Of a stretch of 64,000 nt of DNA, positions 26,790 to 39,995 are shown one piece after another. The notes beneath the pieces were generated by a model. The model saw only the letters and a program-made list of their open reading frames with translations, had not been told where the DNA came from and ran no database searches. This DNA comes from the human T2T-CHM13v2.0 reference genome, Homo sapiens. Made by a program: the position numbers and the translations under genes. Where the stretch lies: the NCBI RefSeq assembly GCF_009914755.1, contig NC_060939.1; one strand, 5' to 3'. Each line of letters begins with the position of its first letter. Within the stretch, counting starts at the first letter, position 1.

Positions 26790-26960
26790 ATTATTTGCGT
26801 GTTGTATTGCTTGTATATCATCTGCCTCCTCCTCAAAAATGGAAGGTCCACAAGGACACGAATTTGTCCGCTGTGTTTCTCAACATATTCCTGGTGCATG
26901 GGACAGTGCCTAGCACCTAGGAAGAGCTCAAAAATATTTGGTGAATGAATTCATGAATGT
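26790..26960 (+). mobile_element. L2 3' end (mirror copy at ~7375-7560, minus)
   Basis: acagtgcctagcacctaggaagagctcaaaaatatttggtgaatgaat. Confidence 0.75.
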
Positions 26961-27729
26961 TGATGAGTTTGTTAAATTTGTACTGCTCTCCTTATTTACA
27001 TCAGTGAAAACAAAGATAAGGAAATAGAGACTATTACTCATATAACTGAGGATTAAATACAATGAGGAAAGAGCTTGTATAATAAAGTGACTGAAAAAAA
27101 TAAAATTTTCTTCACTTGTCTGTGGAGAGAGATACTCTGCTTCTTGCTTGCACATTGTAGGATGTTTGAGCCGATATACCCTGGTCTGGTGGTGTGTATA
27201 AATGCACAAAGGCGTTTAATTAAAAAAATCCTGCTCCAATTCAAGCATTATCCTTCAGAAGTTTTTTAAATGAGTAAAAAGGAATATATGAGAGCAGCAT
27301 AATCTCTACATTTTCTTTTTTCCAATTTTGTAAAAGAGGACAGCGAAGGAGGCAGTTTTAGCATTATGAAAAATGAGCAGATCTCTAAATTGTAAAAGAG
27401 AGGACAGATGTTGTGAGTTTCTGCTGTCATTGATTGAATGTCCATGACCAAGACCATGGTGTTCCACAACTCCAGGGGTTGCCATTTTCTCACAGGCTAT
27501 GCAAATGACATTTCCTGAGTTGCACAGTGCATGGCCTTCACAATTCTATGGTCTGGCCCTACCCACAATATGTCAGACAAAGTCCTATGTGTGTATATTC
27601 AATCTTATTCTCAAAGCCACTGTTCAAAGTAAGGGTGATTAATTTTCTTTATTAGAGAACAGCAGGCTATGACTCTGACAGGTTAAATGGCTTGTTGAAG
27701 CCTGCAGACTACTCTTTGCAACCTGCCAA

Positions 27730-30700
27730 ACTTTCATTTTGACATGGAGGACTCCTGTTAGCATTTGTTGTAGGACAGGTCTATTTGCAATGAACTCCTT
27801 CAGTTTTTGTTTATCTGGGACAATCCAAATTTCTCTTTCATTTGAATGATAATTTTGCTAGATACAAGTTCTTGGTTGACAGCTCTTTTTTTTGTTTCAG
27901 CACTTTAAATATGTCATTGTCCTTCCTTCTGTCCTTCAGGGTTTTTGATGAAAAATATGCTATTAATGTTATTGAGAATTCCGTGTGTGTGATGACTTTC
28001 TTCTTTTTTGTTGTTTTCAAGATTCTCTGTTTTTTGCTTTCAGCAGTGTGACTACAATGTGTCTCAGTGTGAATCCCTTTGGGTTTATCCTGCTTGGAGC
28101 TGTTAAGCTTCTTGGATATGTAAATTCGTGTCTATTCATTGGTATTTATTCTACTATATATTAATCTGAGATATAAACTAAAGTACAAAGATAATTATAT
28201 AAAAAATTTGAGAGTGGTTACCTGTAGGGAGTGGGAAAAAATTATGGTATGGGGAAAGGAATTTCTGTTTTCCTTAACAAGCTTTGCAGAACAAGTTGAC
28301 TCTTCAAACTGAGTGCATGTATAACTTTGATAAGGTAAACATTAAATTTTAATAAACGGCAAAAGATAGAAACAATCTACAAAAAACGAAATACAAATGG
28401 CTCAACCACACTCATAATAACACAAGTGAAAAGAGAGAACATTATCACCTATCTGATCGGCAAAGGTCAAAAAGGTTGGTAACACACTGTATTGACAAGA
28501 GTGAGAGGTGACAGGCATTCAGATACATTCTTGATACAATTACGTCAGGTTGCACATGCCTTTTGGCCTAACAATTCTACTTCCGCAAGTTTATGCCACG
28601 GGCACACTCACTAAGGTGCTCATAATTATATATGCACAAAATCAGCATTGTTTGGAAGAGCAAAAGATTTGAAGCAAACGTTCACCAGTAGGGGACTGGA
28701 AAAACAAAGTTACATCCATACAATAAAGCACCATGGAACCATAAAAAGGAATGAGGACATTCTAATGTACTTACATGAAAATATCTCTAGGATATTATGC
28801 TAAGTGGAAAAAAAGCAAGATTTAGAAAAGTGTATATGGTATGATTCCATTTGTGTAAACAAGAGGAAAAGGGAAGAATTTATATATATATGTATTTCCT
28901 TGTATATTCATAGAAACATTTCTATTTTGATACCAAACAATTTGTTTCCTCTGGAGAATGGAACTGGGAAGCTAAGGGTAGAATTGAGAGGGGGACATTG
29001 TACCCCCTTATGCTTTTTGGATTTGAATGATGTAAATGTATTACTTATTCAAATAAATTAATTCAAATAGTATGAATAAATCACTGAATGAATAAAATAA
29101 TTCATCTAATGAATAGAAACACACATTGCACATTCCTTTCTGCAAGTCAACACCAGAGAATTTTATTCACCTTTCACTTACTTAGTCTCAGCTTCATTAT
29201 CTTTCTGTTCTTTTGTTCTATCGCCTCATCTCTTCACCTCTTTTTCAGTGTCCAGTCAGGCATGAGGCTGTCCAGGAGGGACAGAATGACCACCAAGAAG
29301 ACACAAAATAATATTTTAGTGATATAAGCAAGTTTTATAATCTGATCCTAGTATTGTTTACTCAGAAATACCTAGAATGGACCAGACATGCATGTCACCA
29401 GAGAGACATATAGAGAAGCCAAACCCTGGCTAATAAATTTATAAGAAATAGACCTGGTTGGACTAGATATTCACATTATACTGAGCAACACATTCTGTCC
29501 AATAAACAAAATGTGTAAAGAAGATTACTAGATCACAGGTCTTCAAACTGCATTGCTTGGAAAGCAGAATCTTTCCAAAGAGTGCATGGGCACAGTCTTA
29601 AAGGAATCCATTTTCACGTTCTTAATTTTCTTATCTCGTTTAAAAATCATCTGCCCAAGAAATCTCCTACATCCCCAATAGCCCTTTCCCATTTTGAGAA
29701 AGAAACATTTATCTGTTAGCTATCCTAGCTCTTACCACGGTGCTTCTCCAGCATTACTAGATATTACCAGATTGTCTTCAATGATTTTACTAGTTTATAG
29801 ATCTACCTAAGAACTGGCATTGTCAATCTTTTTAATTTTTTAAACGTGACAGGTGTGAAATAGTACCACAATGTTGTTTTCATATGAACTTCCCTGATTA
29901 TTAGAAATGTTGAGGACATTTTCATGTTTACTGGTATTCAGTGTTCTTCTGTAAAATGATTTTTGTACCGTGTACCCCACTTTTTATTGTTTTCTTTCTC
30001 ATTTAGCATTAAAAGTTTCTTCATATATTCTTGATACTAATCCTGTGTTGGTTACACAAATATACATGTCTTTAAGCATTCAGGACTTCTATCTGTGCTC
30101 CTGGACAATTTCAGTGTGCTAAAGTTTTAATAGAATCAAATTTATTGGACTTTTTCTTTCTGGCTTATGCTTTTCGGTCTTCTTTAAAAAATCCTTTCCA
30201 TTCCCTAGGGCACAAGTATATTCTCCTATATTTACTTCTAGATATTTTGTTCCTTGCTTTTAATATCCTTAAGTCTTTAATTTACCTAGAATTGATCTTT
30301 AAGTATGATATGAGATAAGAAAGATAATCAAATAACTAATAGTCTCATCATCCATTGAGTAATCATCATTTCCACCACTCATTTGTAATGACATCCCTAT
30401 TGTAGATCAAAATTTCTGTAGTGTGTGCTTGCTTCTAAGCTCTCTATTCTGTGTAATCTGGGGAAGTTTGGTCTGTTTATATACCAATACTATGATTTCT
30501 TAATTATTACCATCTTAAAATAAATGTTGACTTCCAGTTGGGTGAATCCAAACATTTTGTTCTGTAAAAACTTTTTGGGTCCTCTTTCTACATATACTGT
30601 GAGAGTTAGCTTTTTAGGTCCCACCTCCCCCCAAAAAAAACCCTGATGGAATTGCAATTGATACCATATTGAATTATATTGAATTTATAGATTGATTTTG

Positions 30701-31010
30701 GGAAATGGCTATCTTTATTTTTAATTTTTTTTTTTTTTGGAGATGGAGTCTTACTAAGTAGTCCAGGCCAGACTCAACGCCTAGTCACAAATGTTCCCTG
30801 CCTTAGCCTCCTGAGTTGATGGGACTACAGGCACAGGTTACCACGCCCAGATGTCGTCTTTAAAATATGGAGTTATTTTCCATCCAAGGACACAATCTAA
30901 TTCTCCATTTACTTAAGATGTTCCTAATATTTTTCAATGAAGATTTTTCAAAGTTTTCTAACAGATGTTGGACACCTTTATTGATATTTAAAATGTGTGT
31001 GTGGGGTGTC
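27730..31010. mobile_element. Cluster of old L1 fragments in both orientations
   Basis: 27730-28130 antisense ORF1 (KVLKQKKELSTKNLYLAKLSFK); ~28140-29070 sense L1M 3' ends; ~29750-31010 antisense ORF2 remnant. Confidence 0.7.
30720..30850 (-). mobile_element. Alu monomer (FLAM/AluJ-like)
   Basis: polyT then gagatggagtctt...gccttagcctcctgagt...gggactacaggc...ccacgcccag. Confidence 0.8.
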
Positions 31011-31024
31011 ATTGTAAAACACAC

Positions 31025-31635
31025 TATCTTACAAATTATTCCTCGTGGCAGCTTTTTAAAAATGACTGTACATTCTCCACATCTCCGTTTGAGAGATGGA
31101 GACTAATTCTTGTTGCCTTTGCTCTGGGATGGCTTTAACACTTGCTTTTAACAAGTAGGTTATGGCAGAAGTGATGCTGTGTGACTTCTGAGGCAAAGTC
31201 AGAGAAGGCCATGCAGCTTTCTCCCAGTTTTCTTGGAATGCCCATTTTCTGAAGTCTCCCTCTCAGATGTTTCATATAATAACTCAGCCACCATGCTGTG
31301 AGAAGTGTAAGCCTTATGGAAAGGTTATCAATAGGTGCTCCTGTCAACAACCCCAGCTGAACTCATTTCCAGGCATAGCAGGACACGTGTGAATTAGAAA
31401 ATTAGCCTAGAAAAGGATCCTCCATGCCAATGGAGCTCTTCCAATCCTGCACTCCCAGCTATTTGAGACTTCTGCAGTAAATCCTCATACATCATAAAGC
31501 AAAGAAGAGCCATTTTCATTCTCCCATTTTTTTTTCAAACTTCTGGCCCACAGATTCTGTCAACATTATCAAATTTTTGTTCTTTTATATCACTAAGTTT
31601 GGATAATTTTGACATAGTAACAATAATCAGGACAT
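31025..31635 (+). mobile_element. MLT1-type LTR
   Basis: ggcagaagtgatgctgtgtgacttctgaggc...cagccaccatgctgtgagaag...cactaagtttgg. Confidence 0.75.
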
Positions 31636-31743
31636 TCCTTATTGCCATTATAGACAGGCAACTTAATTTTGTACATTTATCTTATATTTAGCAACTGTGT
31701 TAAACTCTCATTCATTCTAGAAGTTAGTTTTGGGTGTTTGATA

Positions 31744-31950
31744 TCAGGAGTCGTCATGCTTTTTCTTAACAACCCAGACAAGAAATATGTTAGGTTTGTG
31801 GGCCACATTGTTTTTTGTTAAAACTGCTCAACTGCTTTTGTGGTGTGAAATCAGACACAGACAATATGTAAAAAAATGGGCATGGCTGTGTTCCATTGAG
31901 CCTTTACAGACAGAGGAGCTCCTTGGGCTACAATTTGATGATACTTCTTT
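31744..31950 (+). mobile_element. MER58A-like hAT DNA transposon
   Basis: aaatatgttaggtttgtgggccac...actgctcaactgc...tgggcatggctgtgttcca. Confidence 0.7.
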
Positions 31951-33711
31951 ATATAGATTATTATGTATTTGTGGTTAATGACAGCTGTGTTTCTTCCTTT
32001 CCAGTCAATAGTCAATCTGATAATAGGATGTACATTTTCAATGGAGGCAAAAATTGGTTATTCAATGGGGGATAAAAATAATCTTGGATATTACAGTTGT
32101 TTGTGACCCTATAAAGGGCTATGGTACATATACATGTGTACAGTATTGCTGTGGTATAAAATTATCAGGGGAGGAGTGGCAATTATTGGAAAAGAAATGC
32201 CTGAAAAGGCTCCTTAGGGAAGCAAAAACTTTTTAAAAAATGTTACAATTCACTGCTCTGGGGTTAACATCATCCAGTACCATGTCAATAGAAATAGTAA
32301 ATCAAGCAAGCCATCTTATCTTATTACTAACTTTAAAAATAATGCTTTCTTTAAAAAAAACTATGATGGTATCTAGCTAACTAGATATGACACTAGCTAG
32401 CTGGTATCACACAAACTCTCCCACAAGGAACAACTATAAATGCTATAAAATAATAATATTTTTGCAAACTGTTTCAAGCCATGAGATAGCCGTTAAGGCA
32501 ATGAGGACTTGAGGGATTAAAAGCTTAAAAGTCTGAAGGCAGGGAAACTCAGAAAAGCGAGCCTTTTATATAGCTCATATTTTCCCTTTGAGTCTTCAGC
32601 AATAGCCCAGAGGCTGAGAAGCTCAACAGAGCCTTTAACAGTCTCCAAAACCTAAGGAGACAAATATAAAAGCTCCATTCTGCTAAGGACAGGCAGTACT
32701 GCATTTTAGTAAGGACAGGCAGGCTTTCAACTCCAATCTTTGAAAGTAGTAGAGAGGGAAAATTGGAAACATACCAGACCTCACACTGTCTGAAATACAG
32801 CTTCTAATTGTAGGAGAACTGTTTTGCCATGGCACCCTGTGACCTTGTGTACCTTCACTTAGGCCATACATGCAAGGATCAACCCCAGACTGATCCAAGT
32901 ATTGGCAGAACACCTTGAGATCCTCCCAGGAACATGGCAAGATGGGCAATCTTGTGAGGAGCTGTCACAGATCATTTCCCATGTGCCTCTCTGTCTTGTG
33001 GGAGGCTACCACAAGGCAGTTTCTGATTTGCCTCTCTGGTTCTAACAAGACATGGGACTTTCTGCCTCTCCTCCATCCTTGAATACAGTTTGCAGGCTAT
33101 AAAACTGTTTAGCTGCCATATGGAATTGGCTCTTCCACAACAAAGCTCCCTATAACTCATGTTGCCTATCATCTGGCCCCTTTGGTTCAATGACATTTTA
33201 TGGGACATGGGGAACTGAGAGCATGTGATCTTGTTAATGATAACTGTGTTTCTTCCTTTCCAATATTCAATCTAGTATTAGGGCATGCATTTTCAGTGGA
33301 GGCAAAAATTAGTTCATCTAGAGGCTCCAGGAGGGAAATATGCATTTCCAAATTGCCTCTGGTTGTTAACAGAATTAATTTCATTACAGCTGTATGGCTG
33401 AGGTCCTTAGTTTTTGCTATCTGTTAGCCAGACTGCTCTCAGCTCCTAGAGGCTAGTCTTAGGTCCCTGCTTCATTGTCCCCTCTACTGGACCTCTTATA
33501 TTTCCAATCTCTTTTTCAGGAAGGGCTCAGGTTTTAAAGGCTTGCTTGATTAGGCCAAACTTTCTCAGATAATATTCCCTTTAATTATCCCCAAAAGATT
33601 GATATAGTTTATTACTTACACAGGCAGCGTGAATAATTCAAAAGTCAACTGACTAGTAACATTATCATAGGAGATATTGATCATATTCATAGGCTCTTCC
33701 CACACTGAAAG

Positions 33712-36700
33712 GATATTCTCTGACCACATTGGAATGAAATGACAAACCATTCACAGAGGAAATTTGGGAAATTCATAAATATGCATTAATTAGGCAATGC
33801 ATGCCTAAATAATCAATGGGTCAAATAAGAAATCAAAAGGGAAATCGGAGACTACTTTGAGATGAATGAAAATGAAAACACTATATACCAAAACTTATGG
33901 AGTACATCTAAAAAAGTGCTTAAAGGGAAATTTATAGCCATAAATGCCTATATAAAAGAACAGAACAATTTCAAATCAACAACCTAAACTTCCACCTTAA
34001 AACACTGGAAAAAGTATTAGACCCCAAACTCATAACATGCAGAATATAGAAAAATAATAAAAATTAGAATGAAAATAAAATAGAGAACAAGAAAATAGCA
34101 GAGAAAATCAACAAAGTCAAAATATGTTTCTTCGAAAAGATTGACAAAATTGACAAACCTTTAAGTAGACACTGAAGGGAAAGAGAGAGAAAATTCAAAC
34201 GACTATAATCAGAAAAGAAAGAGGAAACATTACCACTGACCTTACATAAATAAAAAGGATCACAAAAGAATACTATAAACAATTGTATGGCCCCAAGTTA
34301 GGTGAAATAGACTAGTTCCTTAAAAAAAAAAAGAAAAGAAAACCTCCACAAACTATCAAGATTGATTCAAAAGAACCAGAAAGTCTGAATAGACCTATAA
34401 CAAGTACAGAGATTGAATTAGTAATCAGAAACTTTCCTCGAGGAAGAGCCCAAGACTAGATGGCTTCACTGGTTAATTCTACCAAACAAGTAAGAAGAAT
34501 TAACACCATCTTGTTAAAAAACCAGAAGAAGAGAAAACAGTTCTCAACATATTCTATGAAGCCAGTACTACCCTGATAACAAAACTGACAAAGACATCAC
34601 ATAAAAATAAAACTATATACCAACATTTATTATAAATATAAATGCAAAAATCCTGCACAAAATATTAGCAACATTTATAAGCAAATCTAGCAACATTTAA
34701 AACATGATCAAATTGGATTTATCCTAGGAATGCAAGCTTGGTCCAAACTGTGAAAATCAATCAATATAATAAACCACATTAACAGGATGAAGAAAAAAAA
34801 ATCACGTAATCATCTCAATTGATGCAGAAAAAAAGCATTTGACAAAATCCAGTACTCAACAAACTGGGAATAGAAGGCAACTTCCTCATCTTAATAAAGG
34901 ACATCTTTGAAAAACACCCACAGATATCATACTTAATGCTAAAAGATGGAGAGGTTTCCTACTAATATCAGATATATTTTTACCACTTCTATTCAACAAT
35001 GTACTGGAAGTTCTAGGCAGGGCAATTAGGCAAGGAAAAGACATCCTGCCTGGAAAGAAAGAATTAAGACTGTCTCTATTTGCGGATGATGTAATTTTAT
35101 ATGTAGAAAATCCTAAATGATCCAAAAAACAACTATTAGAGCTAATAAACAAGGTCAGTAATGTTGCTGGATAAAATATCAATATACACGGATTATTTAT
35201 ACTTCCATAAACTTGGAACTTGGAGGATTCACACTTTCTGACTTCAAAATGTACTACAAAGCTACAGTAAACAAGAAACAGTAGCATTGGCATAAGGCTA
35301 GACATATAGATCAATAGAATTGAATTGAGACCTCAGAAATAAACCCAAACATTTATGGTCAATTGATTTTTGACAAGGGTGCCAAAAAAATTCAATGAGG
35401 AAAGGTAGTCTTTCAGCAAATGATGCTGCTACAATTAGATACCTACATACCAATGTAGTTGGACCCCTACCTCATACAGTATTCACAAATTAACTCAAAA
35501 TGGATCAAAGTCTTAAATGTAAGAGCTAAAATTATTAAATGATTAGAAGAAAATTTAGGTGTACAGCTTCATCATCTTGAATTATGCAACAATTTATTAG
35601 ATAAAAAGGCAAACAAATAAAATACTTAAAAATTGAGAGTCATCAAAATTAAAGACTTTTGTGCTTCCAAAGACTCCATCAAGAAAGTAGAAAGACAACC
35701 GACCCCTTGAATGGAAGAAAATATTTTCAAATCACATACTGTTAAGTGTCTAGTATTCAGCATATATAAAGAAGTCCTGCAACTTATAGTTGTATTACTC
35801 ACAACAGTAAAGAGTAGAAACAACACAAATATCCATTGTGGTAGGCTGAAATATGCCACCTCCTCGAATGGTATTCACACCAAATACCTAGAACATGTTA
35901 ATATTACTTTGTTTGGAAAAAGGTTCTTTGAAGATATGATTAAGGTAAGAATCTTGAGATAATCCTGGATTATATGGGAGGGCCCTAAATCCAATGACAA
36001 GTGACTTCATAAGAGAAAAGTAGAGAAAGAGACATGAGTCAGACAGAAGAGGAGGAGGAAGAGACACAAAGATCCAGAGGAGAAGGAGAATGTGAAGATG
36101 GTGCAGTGAGAGATGAAGGCACAAACCAAGGAATGCCAGCATCCACCAGAAACTGGAAGACAAGGAATGGAGCCTCCCCTAAAACCACCAGAGAGGACGT
36201 GCCCTTGCTGACACCTTGATTCTGGACTCTGGCCTCCAAAAGTAAGAGATAATGAATTTCTGTTGTTGTAAGTCATCAAGTTTGTGGTAATTTGTTACAA
36301 CAAACACAGGAAACAAATACGCCCATGAAGTGAAGAATGAATCAATAAAATGAGGTACGTTCATATAACGGAATACTATTCAGCCATAGCAAGAAATGAA
36401 GTACTGGTTCATGCTATAACGTGGATGAACCTTGAAAACATTATGCTAAGTGAAAGAAACCAGTCTTGAAAGACTACATATTACATGATTCCATTGACAT
36501 AAATATCCAGGATAGGCAGATTTTATAGGACAGAAAGTACATTAGTGGTTTCCAGGAGCCGAGGGGAAGGGATAACGCGGAGTGACACTAATAGGTATGG
36601 TGTTCTTTTGGGGGGAGATAAAAATGTTCTAGAATAGTGGGAATGTTTGCACTGCTTTGTGGATATATTTAATGCTAAAACCACTTAATTGTACACTTTA

Positions 36701-36750
36701 AAAGGACGTCTTTTATGATATATTAATTATATCTAAAATTTTTAAAAAGT
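33712..36750 (+). mobile_element. L1MB-type LINE (decayed ORF2 to 3' end) inserted in an antisense MLT1
   Basis: Continuous ORF2 motifs (gatggcttcactggttaattctaccaaac; RT core tctctatttgcggatgatg) and L1MB-type 3'UTR; MLT1 pieces on both flanks. Confidence 0.9.
35837..36321 (+). mobile_element. MLT1C/D LTR nested in the L1
   Basis: tgtggtaggctgaaat start; gccctaaatccaatgacaagtg; aatttctgttgttgtaagtc...ggaaacaaatac end. Confidence 0.88.
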
Positions 36751-37314
36751 GAAGCACTAAATCCAGCCCATACTCAAGGGCAGGGGAATTAATATCTACT
36801 TCCAAAGGATGGTATATCAGAGAAACTGTGGACATATTTCTAAAACCATCCGTAACTACTCTCTGTCTACAACTTATTTTCATTCCTCATACATGCAAAA
36901 TACCACTTCCCAAGGCCCCACAAAGCCTCATCTCATACCAGGATCACCCAAATGTCCAGCAATACGTACTTAAATGCATATAGCAGAACTACAGAAGCCG
37001 AAGCAAAAGAGAGCATTCTAAAAGAATCAGAAAAAGAGACACATTGCCTTCAAAGAAGCAACAGGAAGATTCTCACTGACTTCTTAAGAGAAATGATGAG
37101 GTAATATCCTTAAAGTTTTAGAAAAAATTGCCAATGTAGAATTCTATTCCCATCAAAAATGTTCTTTAAAAAAATGAGAGTTGCTAAATGCAATGTGGTA
37201 TCTTGGGTTGGATCCTGAAACAGGAAAGTGATATTTGTGGAAAAACTGTTGAAAGCCTAATGAAGTCTGCCATTTAGTTAGTAATATTACACCAATGTTA
37301 ATATCTAAGCTGCA

Positions 37315-37620
<306 letters not shown>

Positions 37621-38682
37621 CTAAGTTCTGACAATGTACCATGGTTATTTAAGAACCATTAGTGGAAGCTGGGTTAAGGGGCAGTATTTTCTGTCCTATC
37701 TTTGCAACATTTCTGTAAATCTAAAATTATTTTAAAAACAAAAGATTTCTTTTCAAAAAATGAAGGCTAAATAAAGACATTTTTCAAAGACCAAAAGAGA
37801 GAACTTGTCACATCAAAGGAAATAGTAAGGCAAAGACGCTGAAAAAGAATCAAACCAGATGGAAGCATGGGGATGCATAAAGGAATGACGGGCAATAGGG
37901 AAGATAAACACGTAGGCAAAACAAAATTAATACTGGCTATATGAAGCAATCAAAATCATATATTGTGGAGTTTAAGTATACATGAAATGAAAATACAATA
38001 GCATGAAATGTGAGAGGGATGGTAAATGGAATTAAAGTGTTCTAAGGCCCGTGCTTTGTCCTGAAAGTTGGTGAAAGTGTTAGCTAAATTCTACTGCCAT
38101 AAATCAACTATTCATACTGAGGAAGTAGGCTAACCACTACAAGGATAATAAAGTGTATAAACACAGTATATAACTAATTAGCTAATGAGGGATGAAATGG
38201 AATAATTCAAAAGGAGAAAAAGAGACAGAGAGAAAAATATAGCTTTGGCGAGATAACGAATATTAAAATGGCAAATTTAAAAGAATCCTCCAAATTTTTC
38301 TACATTAAGTATGAAGTTTGTTGTAGGGTTATTTTGAGAGGGAAGAAGCAGATACTCTATTAGAGCACAGACATGTTCTTCTGGTTTATATTCTAAAAGT
38401 TTTTATCATGAATGTCTTGAATTCTATCCATTTTTTGTATCTACTAAGAAAACCATTAGTTCTTTCCTTTAGTAAAGTGATGTGTTAAGTCACATGAATG
38501 GAGTTTTCTAATGTTAATTATCCTTGTATTCCTAGGATAAACACAACTTGGACATAATTAAAAGTATGCATTCCTGAATTCTGTTTGCTATTTTTACAAA
38601 TGTGAGCTTGTCAAGTCTATATTCACAGTGAGTTGACCTTCCTTATAATTCCCACGTCTATTTTTAATATTAAGTTTATAGT

Positions 38683-39042
38683 TGTATTAGTCTGTTCTCA
38701 TGCTGCTAATAAAGACATACCTGAGACTGGGTAATTTATAAAGGAAAGAGGTTTAATTGACTCACAGTTCCACATGGCTGGGGAAGCCTCACAATCATGG
38801 CTGAAGGTGAATGAGGAGCAAAGTCATGTCTTACATGGTGGCAGGCAAGAGGGCATATGCACGGGAACTCCCCTTTATAAAACCATCAGATGTTGTGAGA
38901 CTTATTTGCTATCAAGAGAACAGCACAGGAGAAACCCACCCACATGATACAATTACCTCCCACCAGGTCTCTCCCATGACACATAGGAATTATTACAATT
39001 CAAGGTGAGATTTGGGTGGGGACACAGAGCCAACCCATATCA
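38683..39042 (-). mobile_element. THE1 (THE1C-like) solo LTR
   Basis: tgtattagtctgttctcatgctgctaataaagacatacctgagactggg...ccatatca; 5-bp TSD atagt on both sides. Confidence 0.95.
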
Positions 39043-39192
39043 ATAGTGGTAGTAAATGAGTTGAGGAACGTTTCCCCATGTTCTCTTCTTTAGGACCATA
39101 AACAATAGAGATGACCTAAGGGATACATATTTAATAGAACTCTCCTACTAAACCATCTGGGCCTGGTGTTTCTACAGGGAGTTTTTAGCTAC

Positions 39193-39995
39193 TGTGATAA
39201 TAAAATAATATATATATATTTGGTCTCTGCCCCCAGTTTTTGATGCAGAGCTCCTCAATCCTGAAATGTCTGGGTGATGGGAGCATCTTTGGTTTTAATG
39301 ACTATTGGTGAGCTCCTGGATTGTTTTAGGATGGGGGCTATTCACTAGAAAGACCAAGCATGATTAGGAGGTTGGACATTTTAGCCCCACCCTCTATCCT
39401 CCAGGGAGAGGAAAAGGGCTGGAGACTGAGTTAAATAATTGGTTATGCCTATGTGATGAAGCTTCTCTAAAAAACCCCGAACTATGGGAATTGAAGAGCT
39501 CCCGGCTGGTAAGCACACTGAGGTACTGGGAGGGTGGTGCACCCAGAGAGGGCACTGAAGCTTTGACTGTGTGGCTCCCCACCTTGTCCTGGGCATCTCT
39601 TCCATTTGGGCATTCTTGAGTTGTGTTCTTTACAATAAACAGTAAAAGTAAGTGAAATGTTTTCTTGAGTTCTGTGATTTCTTCTAACAAATCATTGAAC
39701 GTAAGGAAGGGGTCGTGGGAGCCTCCAGTTTGTAGCCAAGCCAGACAGAAATCATGGGTAACCTGGGGACCCATTATTTGCAACTGGCCTCTAAAATGGG
39801 GCACAGTCTTATGGGACTGAACCCTTAACCTGTGGCAGGGGGTCTGCCACCATCACAGGGTTGTTAGCATCAGAATTAAATTATAGAACAGCCAGTTAGT
39901 ATCTGCAGGGATGTAAAAAATTCCTTGGTTTGGAAAACCCACACATTTGGTGTCAGAAGTGTTGTGAGTATAGGAAAAACAGTTTGTTTTCTTTT
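39193..39995 (+). mobile_element. MER21-type LTR
   Basis: tgtgat...atatttggtctctgccccc...acagagctcct; cacacatttggtgtcagaagtg near the end. Confidence 0.8.

Larger units (their letters stand above)
23725..27612 (-). repeat. Right arm of large inverted duplication (upstream region of copy A)
   Basis: Reverse complement of 6707-10960; mirrored ORF-track peptides such as EEPEEKEGPLG...YCDSNHLSL (9862+ vs 24473-) and FFIMLKLP...CRDY (6831+ vs 27266-). Confidence 0.95.

Noticed and set aside
33712-36750. Active or intact L1
   Set aside because: ORF2 has many stops and deletions and an LTR insertion; no long plus-strand ORF in the track
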